In this document: positions 1-9,448 of the stretch, one piece after another
How positions within the stretch are numbered: the first letter of the stretch is position 1
Layout: each line of letters starts with the position of its first letter
Source of the DNA: an uncultured Gammaproteobacteria bacterium
GTDB lineage: Bacteria > Patescibacteriota > Patescibacteriia > Patescibacteriales > UBA12465
DNA: 64,000 nt
Reading direction: 5' to 3'
NCBI GenBank assembly: GCA_964539545.1
Contig: CAZIJG010000002.1
Span: 6,624-70,623 of the forward strand
Program-made: the position numbers and the translations under genes
The notes under the pieces: generated by a model
Databases searched by the model: none
The model's input: only the letters and a program-made list of their open reading frames with translations
Told to the model about the DNA's origin: nothing

Positions 1-1195
1 CAACTTCTTCTTTAGTTTCTTCTTTAGCTTTTTCTTTCTTCTTTGTTTCCTTTTCTTCCTTTTTATCCTCAGCAATAGTTTTCTTTTCGTCTTTCTTCTT
101 TTTCTCAGTCTTCACACCAGCTAACTTCAGACCTAAACGATGTTCTGCTGGCAAGATATTAATAATTTCAAATTCACGTTCCTCTCCAGCTTTGAAGGCT
201 TCATTAATCTTTTCTTTTGATTTCAAACCTAATTCACTGATATGAGCTAACCCATGGATAGCATCATCTAATTTAATGAATAGACCAAAAGGGTTAACTT
301 TAAGGATTTCTCCAGCAACTTTCTCGCCTTCCTTATATTTCTTAGTAGCTTTCTGCCAAGGATCTTCCATTAATTTTTTAGCACTTAAGAAAATCTTAGC
401 ACCTTCTAAATTAACAATTTCTGCCTTAATCTTATCTCCCACCTTTACTAAATCGTGTGGAGAATCAATTCTCTGCCAAGCTAACTCAGAAATATGAATT
501 AAACCTTCCATGTTATCTCCAAAACTTACAAATACACCAAAATTAGTAATAGCAGTAATTGTACCTTCTACAATCATACCAATCTTATATTGAGAAATAA
601 CATCTTTCTTACGTTTATTCCATAAATCTTTTTCACTGAAGATAATTTTATCTTCACCTTCTTCTAAGGTAATGATGTTAACTTCAAATTTCTGATCAAC
701 AAACTTCTTCAATTTTTCTAAGATCTTACTCTTATCACCACCGCTTACACGAGGGTAATTTTCTGGAGCTAATTGAGAAACTGGTAAAAATCCTTTAATC
801 TGTCGGAAACGAGCCATTAGACCACCTTTATTAGCATCTAAAATCTTAACAACAATAGACTCTTTCTTCTTATAAGCATCTTCTAATGCTAGCCAAGCTT
901 TTTCTTGGCCAACTCTCTTAAAGGATAATTCTAATTCACCATTTTCATTTTCAGCCTCTACTACCATAGCCTCAGCTTCATCACCAAATTTTAATTTAGC
1001 ATATTCGTCATCTTCAAAATATAATTCTGGACCTCTAATTACACCTACTAAAACACCATTAATATCTAAACGAACTTCAGACTTAGAAGCAGCTACGACG
1101 TTACCTTTAACAATATCGCCATCTTGAGGTACAATAAGTTCCTCTTTATCTAGAAGTTTTTGAAAATCTTGACTACTAGTATTTTGTTCTGTCAT
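1..1195 (-). CDS. rpsA: 30S ribosomal protein S1 (partial; 3' end runs off window start)
   Basis: Manual translation of minus strand from ATG at 1193-1195 gives MTEQNTSSQDF... with at least three S1-type OB-fold repeats (e.g. GMIVEGTITAITNFGVFVSFGDNMEGLIHISEL) and a K/E-rich tail. No stop before position 1. Not in ORF track because truncated. Confidence 0.7.
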   Translation of the reverse strand, partial: MTEQNTSSQDFQKLLDKEELIVPQDGDIVKGNVVAASKSEVRLDINGVLVGVIRGPELYFEDDEYAKLKFGDEAEAMVVEAENENGELELSFKRVGQEKAWLALEDAYKKKESIVVKILDANKGGLMARFRQIKGFLPVSQLAPENYPRVSGGDKSKILEKLKKFVDQKFEVNIITLEEGEDKIIFSEKDLWNKRKKDVISQYKIGMIVEGTITAITNFGVFVSFGDNMEGLIHISELAWQRIDSPHDLVKVGDKIKAEIVNLEGAKIFLSAKKLMEDPWQKATKKYKEGEKVAGEILKVNPFGLFIKLDDAIHGLAHISELGLKSKEKINEAFKAGEEREFEIINILPAEHRLGLKLAGVKTEKKKKDEKKTIAEDKKEEKETKKKEKAKEETKEEV

Positions 1196-1420
1196 AAAAT
1201 TTAACAATTTCGATTTTTAGCAATAAAAAAATTGTCTCTAACCTTCCTTTACGGAAAGCCCTTTGGCTACCCTAGACCAAAAGAATTATTATGGGCATTT
1301 ATTCATTTTTTATTATTTTATATTATATTTTATAAAAAATCAAGTATTATTGACTAAACTCAACTAATTTGCAATAATTAATTATTAATCGTTCATTAAA
1401 TTCTAATTAAACTTGAAATC

Positions 1421-2179
1421 ATGTACAAACTTACTAAATTCTATGTAAAAATCAGAGGCTGGTTTTTCTTTCTTCTGTGGGCAATTGCGTCTGGATTATT
1501 TATAATACAGATGGGTAATATACCTACTGATGATAATGTTCCATTCCGATTATTCGGTATAATGTTCGCCATCGCTATAGGCGGATTATTCTGGTGGTTT
1601 TCGTTAATAGACCCTAAAATACTAGTAAAGGCTAAGGGGAATACTCTGTGCCTGCTAAACGCTGAGGGTAAATTAGTAGGAAATAGTGAAAAATATCTAT
1701 TTCGACCCCAAGAAGATAAAAACTACAATTACTTCGCTATTCTCGAAAAACCGGGAAAATCTACGTCAACAAAACACCTAATATCAGTGGATTGTTTTAT
1801 TCCAAGCAAAACCAAAACTACTCTAAAATTTGCTCTTAACTACAACGTTAAATATAATTCCTGCATGTTCATACATGAGTATTGGGAATTATTTTGTAAT
1901 GAATGGAAAAATTCTCCTAAGCGAAGACCTAAAAAATCCTCTATTCCTAAATACAGCGTAGATACGTATATCAAAAACCTTATACTTAAGGCTAAGGATA
2001 TTTGGGCAAAAGAATCCACCATTACGAATGCTAAAAGTGATACCGAGAGAGTGAACCTAATTAACGAGTGGCTTGAAAAAACCATTGTGCCGACCATTAA
2101 ACAACTATCAATGATTGATGCCTGTGAAATTAAAGCTATGTCGGAACAAGACATTAACATTGAATCATTCTTTTTGTAA
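1421..2179 (+). CDS. hypothetical membrane protein (two N-terminal TM helices)
   Basis: ORF track; hydrophobic N-terminus; no recognisable motif. Confidence 0.5.
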   Translation: MYKLTKFYVKIRGWFFFLLWAIASGLFIIQMGNIPTDDNVPFRLFGIMFAIAIGGLFWWFSLIDPKILVKAKGNTLCLLNAEGKLVGNSEKYLFRPQEDKNYNYFAILEKPGKSTSTKHLISVDCFIPSKTKTTLKFALNYNVKYNSCMFIHEYWELFCNEWKNSPKRRPKKSSIPKYSVDTYIKNLILKAKDIWAKESTITNAKSDTERVNLINEWLEKTIVPTIKQLSMIDACEIKAMSEQDINIESFFL

Positions 2180-2189
2180 AATACACAAA

Positions 2190-2216
2190 AACCGTCTATC
2201 AAAGACGGTTTTTTTC
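2190..2216. terminator. bidirectional Rho-independent terminator hairpin (ccgtct...agacgg + T run)
   Basis: Inverted repeat ccgtctatcaaagacgg followed by tttttt between convergent genes. Confidence 0.6.
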
Positions 2217-2231
2217 TATACTCAATTTATT

Positions 2232-2852
2232 TTAAATTATTTTCTTCGATCTCTTCCTAACGACTATTAAACCGATTATCAAAACTAATGCTGACAAAAT
2301 AATTATTTTAAGTTCTCCATAATATTGTAGAATTGTTTCTTGTTCAGCACCAAAATAATATCCAACCAAGGCTAAAATAATCACCCAGACGGAAGCTCCT
2401 AAACCAGTAAACAAGCAAAATTTAAATAGGTTCATTTTTGCTAAACCAGCTGGCAAAGAGATTAATTGTCTGATCACCGGGATCAGTCTGCCAAAAAAAG
2501 TGGAAACAGCACCATGTTTAAGAAAGTATTTTTCTGACTTTTCTAGTTTATATTGGTTTAACAAGCAAACTTTAGCCCATTTAATATTAACCAATTTATA
2601 CAAAATTGGTCTACCTAGCCAAAGAGCTAAAAAATAGTTAACTAGAGCTCCGATTAAACTACCTAAAATACCAGAGCCTATAACTAAGCCTAAATTTAGC
2701 CTACCTTGCTGGGCTAAATAGCCAGCTGGAGGAATTATTAACTCAGAAGGAAACGGAACAAAAGAACTCTCAATTGCCATTAAGCTAATAATTCCTAGAT
2801 AGTTTAAACTTTCCACCAAACCTAATAGGGCTTGGATAAAACTTTCGAGCAT
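2232..2852 (-). CDS. DedA/SNARE-associated family membrane protein
   Basis: LGIISLMAIESSFVPFPSELIIPPAGYLA motif typical of DedA family; multiple TM segments. Confidence 0.7.
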   Translation of the reverse strand: MLESFIQALLGLVESLNYLGIISLMAIESSFVPFPSELIIPPAGYLAQQGRLNLGLVIGSGILGSLIGALVNYFLALWLGRPILYKLVNIKWAKVCLLNQYKLEKSEKYFLKHGAVSTFFGRLIPVIRQLISLPAGLAKMNLFKFCLFTGLGASVWVIILALVGYYFGAEQETILQYYGELKIIILSALVLIIGLIVVRKRSKKII

Positions 2853-2857
2853 GATAA

Positions 2858-4987
2858 TTAAACTTTAATAATCACCGGTAATACCATTGGTCTTCTCTTA
2901 GTCTGAGTAAACAAAAATTGACCAACGTCATTTCTAATCTTATTTTTTATGTAATCGTCATCAATACGGCTAGAAACTGGACGAGCTGTAACTATAGTCT
3001 TTACCTTCATTCTAGTTTTCTCGATAATTGCCTTATTCTCTTTCATGTAAATAAAACCACGAGAAATTAAATCCGGATTACCAATAATCGCTCCTGTTTT
3101 AGAATCGATAGTGGCGATTACTACAATCATACCATCTTCAGCCATCATTCGCCTATCTCTCAAAACAATACCGGAAACATCACCAACTCCTAGACCATCT
3201 ACCATAATATATTCGGTTGGCACCTTCTCCTGAGTCAATCTGGCCAACACTTTTCGATTACGATCAGAGGTTATTTCTACTACCTGACCATTATCTGCTA
3301 CAAAAATATTTTCTGTAGGTATATCCATTCTCTCGGCTAATTCAGCGTGAGCTCTTAACATGAAATGGTTACCTTCAATAGGCATAAAAAATTTAGGTTT
3401 CATTAATCTCAACATTAATTTAAGATCCTCTTCTTTTCCGTGACCACCAGCATGAATATCAAGCATCCTATAGTTAATAATGCTAGCACCTTGGCGCACA
3501 ATTAAATCCATTAATTGTTGTACACTTCTTTCATTACCAGGAATAGCTGAAGATGAAAAAATTACTGTATCATTTTCTTGCAAACTAATTGTACGATGAT
3601 TACCATTAACTACTCGAGCCAGAAAGGCATTGGTTTCTCCCTGAGCTCCAGTACCAATAATCAATAGCTCCTTGTCTGGAGTACGTTTAAACTCTTCTTC
3701 AGATAATAACAATTTAGGATTGAACTTCAAATAGCCAATCTCATGTGCTACCTCGACATTACTAATCATACTACGACCTTGTAGATAAACTTTTCTTTTA
3801 TATTTAGCGGCTAAATCAAGAAGTTTTTGTACACGAGCTAACTGAGAAGCAAAAGTAGCTAAAATAATTCTACCTTCAATTTTTTCAAATAGAGTTCCCA
3901 TTTCATCACCAATCCTAGTTTCAGATAATTGATAACCAGCGGCGGTAGCATTAGTAGAGTCAGACATTAATAATAATACTCCCTTAGTTCCAACTTCAGC
4001 AAAACGACCTAAATCAGCCGGCTTATCATTTACTGGTGAGAAATCAATCTTAAAATCTCCAGTATGCACTATTGTCCCTAGAGGCGTATTAGCAATAACA
4101 GCAAAACAATCTGGAATAGAGTGATTAACTCTCATAAACTCCATATCAAAATATTTACCTAATTTGAATTTAGAATATTCATCAATTTCTTGAATTTTTA
4201 AAGCTGGACAATCTTTATATTCTATTTGACGACGACGAACTAAACCGGCAGTCAATTTACCCATAAACATAGGTACGCCAGCCAACTCTTTCATTAGAAA
4301 AGGGATACCTCCAATATGGTCATAATGACCATGAGTAATAATTACACCCTTAACCCAGTCTCGCTTATCCTGTAAATAAGTGATGTCTGGAATGATAAAA
4401 TCAATACCCGGCATGTCTTCATCCGGGAATTGTAGACCCATATCAATAATAATAATTTCTTTATCATATTCAATAAGAGTCATGTTACGTCCAACTTCTT
4501 CTAGTCCTCCTAAAGCCATTACCCTAAGTTTAGGTCCAAAACTAGCTGGTTGAACTGAGCGATCAACAACCGCTGATCTAATTGACTTGATTGGTCTAAC
4601 CAACTTATTTGATTGAGTTGCTCTAGTCGGACGAGTAGCTCTACCTGAACGAGCTGGCATAGCTGACCTAGTGGGTCGAGTTGTTCTAGCTGGTCGTTTA
4701 GAGGTAGTTGGTCTACCTGTTTGAGCTGATCCAATTGGCCGAGCTGTTCTGATTGATCGCTCAGAAGTGACTGGTCTACCTGTTTGAGCTGACCTAGTCG
4801 ATTGAACTGACTTAGCAATTCTAGTTTGTGTGGATCTAGTAGGCCGACTCTGAGTGGCAGATCTAGTAGATTCTGGTTGTCCAGCAGATCTAACAGGTCT
4901 AGCGCCTTGATTGGCTCTAGGCTTGTAGGTCGGTCTAGCCGATTGGCTATCCGAATTTCGACGCTGGGATTTATAAGTTTTTATCAT
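2858..4987 (-). CDS. rnj: ribonuclease J (metallo-beta-lactamase/beta-CASP) with ~150 aa repetitive basic N-terminal extension
   Basis: HxHxDH motif ITHGHYDHIGG, HTGDFKID, RNase J C-terminal region; N-terminus rich in R/T/S/P/A/Q tandem repeats (QTGRP..TSxRxxRTxRP). Confidence 0.85.
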   Translation of the reverse strand: MIKTYKSQRRNSDSQSARPTYKPRANQGARPVRSAGQPESTRSATQSRPTRSTQTRIAKSVQSTRSAQTGRPVTSERSIRTARPIGSAQTGRPTTSKRPARTTRPTRSAMPARSGRATRPTRATQSNKLVRPIKSIRSAVVDRSVQPASFGPKLRVMALGGLEEVGRNMTLIEYDKEIIIIDMGLQFPDEDMPGIDFIIPDITYLQDKRDWVKGVIITHGHYDHIGGIPFLMKELAGVPMFMGKLTAGLVRRRQIEYKDCPALKIQEIDEYSKFKLGKYFDMEFMRVNHSIPDCFAVIANTPLGTIVHTGDFKIDFSPVNDKPADLGRFAEVGTKGVLLLMSDSTNATAAGYQLSETRIGDEMGTLFEKIEGRIILATFASQLARVQKLLDLAAKYKRKVYLQGRSMISNVEVAHEIGYLKFNPKLLLSEEEFKRTPDKELLIIGTGAQGETNAFLARVVNGNHRTISLQENDTVIFSSSAIPGNERSVQQLMDLIVRQGASIINYRMLDIHAGGHGKEEDLKLMLRLMKPKFFMPIEGNHFMLRAHAELAERMDIPTENIFVADNGQVVEITSDRNRKVLARLTQEKVPTEYIMVDGLGVGDVSGIVLRDRRMMAEDGMIVVIATIDSKTGAIIGNPDLISRGFIYMKENKAIIEKTRMKVKTIVTARPVSSRIDDDYIKNKIRNDVGQFLFTQTKRRPMVLPVIIKV
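4540..4987 (-). repeat. imperfect tandem DNA repeats (~60-66 bp period) encoding the low-complexity N-terminal extension of RNase J
   Basis: Recurring units such as ggtctacctgtttgagctga[c/t]c...a[tt/g]tgatcgctcag on plus strand; protein-level repeats SAQTGRP/TRPTRS. Confidence 0.6.
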
Positions 4988-5051
4988 AAATTTTTTATAG
5001 GGCTTCAGCCCTGAGGTTAATAATTTATATAAGAAGAATAAAATTTTAAAA

Positions 5052-5792
5052 TTAATTTCTCACCATAGCTTGTTGCTTTAAATTCTGCGGCATTTTTTCA
5101 ATGGCATAGCGTAAAGCCGTGCGAGGCATAATCTGTTTTTTCTTCATTACGTAATCGAAGATGACTTTCTGGTCCAAGTTACTAGCTTCTTTCAAAAGCC
5201 AACCGTAACCCTTTTGGACTAAATCATCTTGATCTTTAATTAATTTATTAGACACCCAGAAAGATCTTTGTAAAAAAAGATTAAACTTCTTAGGTGTGTC
5301 CACAGATTTTTTTAAAGGATAGATTAAGATAACCGCCACAGCTCGTTTCAGCCAACGATTACTAGAAGTTACCCATTTATCTGTTTCTGTGATGAGTTCA
5401 GGAAATTGCCAAAGCAAATGACCAAAGCTATATGTACAAAAAGTGTCACAATACCCCCAATTCGATACATATTGCTTTAACCACTTAGTAAATAGCTTAA
5501 AATCCTGAATAGTAAATTCTTGTTTTCGACGAAAACAAAAATTAAAAGCTAAAGAACTTAGTTCATAATAATCCAAACCTAGGAGTTTTTCACAAATTGC
5601 AAAAACTTCTTTTTTACTTAAAGGTTTTAGCTGTAAATAATATTTATTAGCTATCTCCTTTAGGGGCTTAGATCTAACGCCGTAATTTCTGACCGGTTCT
5701 TTGAAATAATTTTGGAAACCTTGTTGATATTCCAAATCAATTTGTTTAATCAGGTCGCGACGCAGAGAAGATATGAACTTCTCTGTATTCAT
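5052..5792 (-). CDS. DNA alkylation repair enzyme family protein (AlkD-like HEAT-repeat glycosylase)
   Basis: Sequence resembles PF08713 family (FQNYFKEPVRNYGVRSKPLKEIA...VQKGYGWLLKEAS); family assignment from memory of motif pattern. Confidence 0.5.
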   Translation of the reverse strand: MNTEKFISSLRRDLIKQIDLEYQQGFQNYFKEPVRNYGVRSKPLKEIANKYYLQLKPLSKKEVFAICEKLLGLDYYELSSLAFNFCFRRKQEFTIQDFKLFTKWLKQYVSNWGYCDTFCTYSFGHLLWQFPELITETDKWVTSSNRWLKRAVAVILIYPLKKSVDTPKKFNLFLQRSFWVSNKLIKDQDDLVQKGYGWLLKEASNLDQKVIFDYVMKKKQIMPRTALRYAIEKMPQNLKQQAMVRN

Positions 5793-5812
5793 ATATTTAA
5801 ATTAAGAAGAGT

Positions 5813-7867
5813 TTAGAAAACTAGCTTATTCTTTACTTTAATATGCCAGTCGATGATATTAGAAAACCTATGTTTAGGCTCTAAAATGCTAAAAGTAGTT
5901 AATCCCTTAATCTTTTTACTCTGAGGATAAATGTAATTAGGAGAATAAAGGAAAATAGCTGGAATATCATCATGAATAATTTTTTGAAACTCACAATACT
6001 TTTCAGCTCTTTTTTTTTGGTCTAAAATTACTCGAGAATCCTCTAACAACTTATCTACTACTGAATTATCATAATCTGTAATATTTAACTCTTCCTGAGA
6101 ATGCCAATAGGCAAACGGATCTGGATCAAACCCTAGAGTTTGGCCATATAATAACACTTCAAAATCTTTAGGCTTAATAATTTTAGCTTGAATTTCAGAA
6201 GCAGATACTGAATTAATGATGCTTCGAATTCCTAATTTTTGCCAAGCCGCTTGCAGAGCTTCGGCTACTTCATAATCTCTGGGATTATCTACAACAGTTA
6301 AAGTTAAAATTAAATAAGTACGATTATTATCTTTTTCTTTATATCTCCAAGAACCTTCTACAATCAAAGAAGTACTACTAGCTAAAAATTGTAATTGTTC
6401 TAAACCCTTAACTTCAAATACTTCTTCATCAATTTTTTCTTCATCTTCAACTTCTTCATCAATTTTTTCAACTTCATTATCTATGACTAAAGCAATTTCA
6501 ATACGTTCAGTCTGTTCTTTAGCCTGAGAAATATCTTCAGATGAAATCTCTTGTAATCCCCAACCTGCTTCTTCTAATAATTCTTTAGCTTTATCAATAT
6601 CAAAACCGTAATCTGGTAATTGATCATTATAGGCAAAACTACCTGGTAGAACTGGGCCCTTAATCAGGCTAGCCTCTTGACCAAATATATCTTCAACTAA
6701 TTTATTCTTATCTATAGCCAAAGACAAAGCTTCTCTTAGCTCCTGAGATTCTAAAACAGCATTTTTTTCTTCGTTAAAAAACAAAGCTGTAACTTGTGGT
6801 AAAGAGAAATAATGAAAATTCAAAGAGTTTTGGGCAATTACATCTGATTTCTTATCAAAAGGTAAATAACTTATACCATCCACTTCATCACCATTTAAAC
6901 CTTCAACTAAACTAATAAAGTCTGGATAAAACTTAAAATGTAATTCCCCGATATATGGCTCGTGTTGATAATAACCCTTATTAACCTCCAGACTATATTC
7001 TTTAATACTCCCAGCTTTATTTTTTAATAACGCTTTAAACTTATATGGTCCAGAACCAATTGGTTTTAGATTAAGTTCAGCTAAGTTAGCATTCTCTGGA
7101 TTAATATTCATCCAAAGTTTTTCTGGCAAAATACCAAAGGTTAAGAGCTCCAGGAATCCAGCATAAGGCTCAACCAAAACCATCTTAAAACTATATTCAT
7201 CAATCTTTTCAATTTCTACACCGCCAAACACATTCAACCAAGGGGAACGAAAGTCTGGATTCTTTATAGCTTGAAAAGTAAAAACCACATCATCAGCTGT
7301 AAGCTTTTCATTATTATGCCATCTAGCGCTCTTAATTAAAGTAATGGTGTATATTTTACCATCCTCGCTAACATTATAGTCTTCGACCAAATCTTTATTT
7401 AAATTACCTTGGCCATCATATTTAAACAGATGAGAAAATATTAGATAAGATAAATCACTATCTACATCAGAAAAAGAATATAGGGGATTAATATATTTTG
7501 GTGTTCCCACTAAACCTTCAGAGTATTCACCTCCTTTAGCCGGAGCCATTTGTAAATGTGATTGATAAAAATTCCAACCTATAAAAACTATTGAAATAAC
7601 AATAATAGTAATTAAAACTTTAACAATTAAGTTTTCTTTTGGAGTAAGAAACTTTCTTAATTGTTTAAACTGTCGACGATTAGGAATCTTAGAAGAAGCT
7701 AAACTATAGATTAATTTCTTATCAGCTTTAGCGCGATCAAAATCTCCGTTAGTTTTATGAGCAAGTCGTTTTTTAAATTTTATTTTCACTGATAACAAAA
7801 AGTCAGCCAACCAACTACGTTTTGGCTTGTTTAAATTAGAAAAATTTTGTTCTTGAGGTAAATCCAC
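5813..7867 (-). CDS. extracellular solute-binding protein, family 5 (peptide/nickel-type SBP), membrane-anchored by N-terminal TM; acidic repeat insert
   Basis: TM helix IVKVLITIIVISIVFIGW; SBP_bac_5-like core (GGEYSEGLVGTPKYINPL...TADDVVFTFQAI); no ABC permease/ATPase genes adjacent; acidic insert EVEKIDEEVEDEEKIDEEV. Confidence 0.6.
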   Translation of the reverse strand: MDLPQEQNFSNLNKPKRSWLADFLLSVKIKFKKRLAHKTNGDFDRAKADKKLIYSLASSKIPNRRQFKQLRKFLTPKENLIVKVLITIIVISIVFIGWNFYQSHLQMAPAKGGEYSEGLVGTPKYINPLYSFSDVDSDLSYLIFSHLFKYDGQGNLNKDLVEDYNVSEDGKIYTITLIKSARWHNNEKLTADDVVFTFQAIKNPDFRSPWLNVFGGVEIEKIDEYSFKMVLVEPYAGFLELLTFGILPEKLWMNINPENANLAELNLKPIGSGPYKFKALLKNKAGSIKEYSLEVNKGYYQHEPYIGELHFKFYPDFISLVEGLNGDEVDGISYLPFDKKSDVIAQNSLNFHYFSLPQVTALFFNEEKNAVLESQELREALSLAIDKNKLVEDIFGQEASLIKGPVLPGSFAYNDQLPDYGFDIDKAKELLEEAGWGLQEISSEDISQAKEQTERIEIALVIDNEVEKIDEEVEDEEKIDEEVFEVKGLEQLQFLASSTSLIVEGSWRYKEKDNNRTYLILTLTVVDNPRDYEVAEALQAAWQKLGIRSIINSVSASEIQAKIIKPKDFEVLLYGQTLGFDPDPFAYWHSQEELNITDYDNSVVDKLLEDSRVILDQKKRAEKYCEFQKIIHDDIPAIFLYSPNYIYPQSKKIKGLTTFSILEPKHRFSNIIDWHIKVKNKLVF

Positions 7868-7871
7868 GAAA

Positions 7872-8084
7872 TTATAGGATAATAGCTGCCAGCGAAACTA
7901 AAAAGAATAGTAAAGAGAGTATAATAGTAAAATTATATAGTTTTTTTTCAACTCCTCTTTTGGTTGTAAATCCACCGCTAGAACCACCGAAGGCACTACC
8001 TAAACCTGAACCTTGGTTTTGCATTAGAATAACAATCATTAAAAGGAAAGCGATGATAATTTGAGCAATCTTTATAGCAAACAT
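7872..8084 (-). CDS. secG: preprotein translocase subunit SecG
   Basis: 70 aa, two TM segments flanking Gly-rich loop LMQNQGSGLGSAFGGSSGGFTTKRG. Confidence 0.75.
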   Translation of the reverse strand: MFAIKIAQIIIAFLLMIVILMQNQGSGLGSAFGGSSGGFTTKRGVEKKLYNFTIILSLLFFLVSLAAIIL

Positions 8085-8086
8085 AA

Positions 8087-8434
8087 TTATTCTTTTATCT
8101 CAGAAATTATTTTTTTGAGAACTGTCTTATTATTTTCAGCTAAGTCAGCTAAAATTTTTCTATCTAACTCTATTTTGTTTTTTTTGAACAAAAACATTAG
8201 ACGAGAATAAGGTAATCCGTTTTCTCTAGCAAAAGCATTAATCTTTATCTGCCACAAAGCTCTACGAGTTCTCTTTTTCTTCCGTCTATCCATGAAGGCA
8301 TGAGCACCCGCTTTAGTTTCAGCTGTTTTTGCTAAACGAATCAAATTTTTTCTTCCCCATTTATAACCCTTAACTGCTTTTAACAATTTTCGTCTTCTTT
8401 TTACATGGGTTGTTCCTCTTTTTACTCTAGGCAT
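8087..8434 (-). CDS. rplT: 50S ribosomal protein L20
   Basis: MPRVKRGTTHVKRRRKLLKAVKGYKWGRKNLIRLAKTAETKAGAHAF... canonical L20. Confidence 0.9.
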   Translation of the reverse strand: MPRVKRGTTHVKRRRKLLKAVKGYKWGRKNLIRLAKTAETKAGAHAFMDRRKKKRTRRALWQIKINAFARENGLPYSRLMFLFKKNKIELDRKILADLAENNKTVLKKIISEIKE

Positions 8435-8461
8435 AAATTTAAAATCCGTGCTATAAAAACA

Positions 8462-8659
8462 CTACTTATACGGAGTTAGTTGATTAATAGTTTTTTTCAG
8501 AGTTTTAGTGGTATCTTTATCCAATCTTTTCTGTCTAGTAGTCTTACCAGATTCTTTGGCATTAAAGTGACCTTGACCTCCACGTCTTTGTCTCAATTTT
8601 CCAGTTCCAGTCTTCTTGATTCGTTTAGCAGTAGCTTTATGAGTCTTCATTTTAGGCAT
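8462..8659 (-). CDS. rpmI: 50S ribosomal protein L35
   Basis: MPKMKTHKATAKRIKKTGTGKLRQRRGGQGHF canonical L35. Confidence 0.9.
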   Translation of the reverse strand: MPKMKTHKATAKRIKKTGTGKLRQRRGGQGHFNAKESGKTTRQKRLDKDTTKTLKKTINQLTPYK

Positions 8660-8712
8660 AAATTTCTTTATTTAGAATAAAAAACAGGCTTAAACCTGGT
8701 TTAACCATATCT

Positions 8713-9270
8713 CTAATCCTTGTTAATTAATATAATGGTAAACCTTCCTCCTTGTTTTGTCAAGACTTGTTCTTCAATAACCTCTAGCTTTTCTTCTTCT
8801 TTAATCTTATTTATAAATCCAACAATTGTTTCCTTGGCTTTCTCTGGATGTTGTCTTTCACGACCTCTTAAACTAACCTCTATTTTTAGCTTGTTTCCTT
8901 GAGATAAAAATTTAATAGCTTGTTTTAAACGAAAATTAAAATCGTGGCTACTAATTCTCACAGATAATCTAATACTTTTCACTTCCACCTTCTTTTGTTG
9001 CATCCTTTGTTTATGGGCCTTTTTCTCTCTTTCATACTTCATTTGACCCAAATCAACAATCTTAGCTACTGGAGGATCAGCCTTAGGATTAACTAATACT
9101 AAATCTAACTCCAATTCTTTAGCCATTTCTGTGGCTTTTTCTGTCTCCATTGCTCCTAATCTTTCACCATTTTCGTCAATCAAAAAGACTCTATCAGAAT
9201 TAATACTCTGGTTAGATGTAAAATAAGGTTTTTCTTGGCGCGGTTGCGCTTTTCTCCATTTTATTCTCAT
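8713..9270 (-). CDS. infC: translation initiation factor IF-3 (start trimmed to avoid overlap with tRNA-Gly; true start may be non-AUG)
   Basis: IF3 N- and C-domains (PPVAKIVDLGQMKYE...; IRLSVRISSHDFNFRLKQAIKFL); ORF-track start at 9300 would overlap the tRNA at 9274-9345; in-frame ATG at 9268-9270 or ATA two codons later. Confidence 0.8.
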   Translation of the reverse strand: MRIKWRKAQPRQEKPYFTSNQSINSDRVFLIDENGERLGAMETEKATEMAKELELDLVLVNPKADPPVAKIVDLGQMKYEREKKAHKQRMQQKKVEVKSIRLSVRISSHDFNFRLKQAIKFLSQGNKLKIEVSLRGRERQHPEKAKETIVGFINKIKEEEKLEVIEEQVLTKQGGRFTIILINKD

Positions 9271-9273
9271 ATG

Positions 9274-9345
9274 AGCGGGTAGGGGGAATCGAACCCCCAT
9301 CTCTACCTTGGCAAGGTAATATAATAACCATTATACGATACCCGC
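9274..9345 (-). tRNA. tRNA-Gly (anticodon GCC)
   Basis: Minus-strand GCGGGTA...TTACC-TTGCCAA-GGTAG...GGGGGTTCGATTCCCCC-TACCCGC-T; U73 discriminator typical of Gly. Confidence 0.8.
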
Positions 9346-9448
9346 AAATAAAAAAAGGATTTCTCCTAAAGTAAGTACATTGTATTAAATCTTAACCTTT
9401 AAGTCAAGAAAAAAAGACCCCTTTATTAGACGCCTTTTAAATAAAATT

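Noticed and set aside
1840-2202. Minus-strand 120-aa ORF
   Set aside because: Fully inside the plus-strand 1421..2179 gene, which has a proper terminator; no independent support.
4519-5014. ORFs 4519..4818(-) and 4826..5014(+) of Q/L/S/R repeats
   Set aside because: Alternative-frame and antisense readings of the tandem-repeat region encoding the RNase J N-terminal extension.
8480-8902. Plus-strand ORFs 8480..8680 and 8720..8902
   Set aside because: Antisense to rpmI and infC, which are unambiguous.
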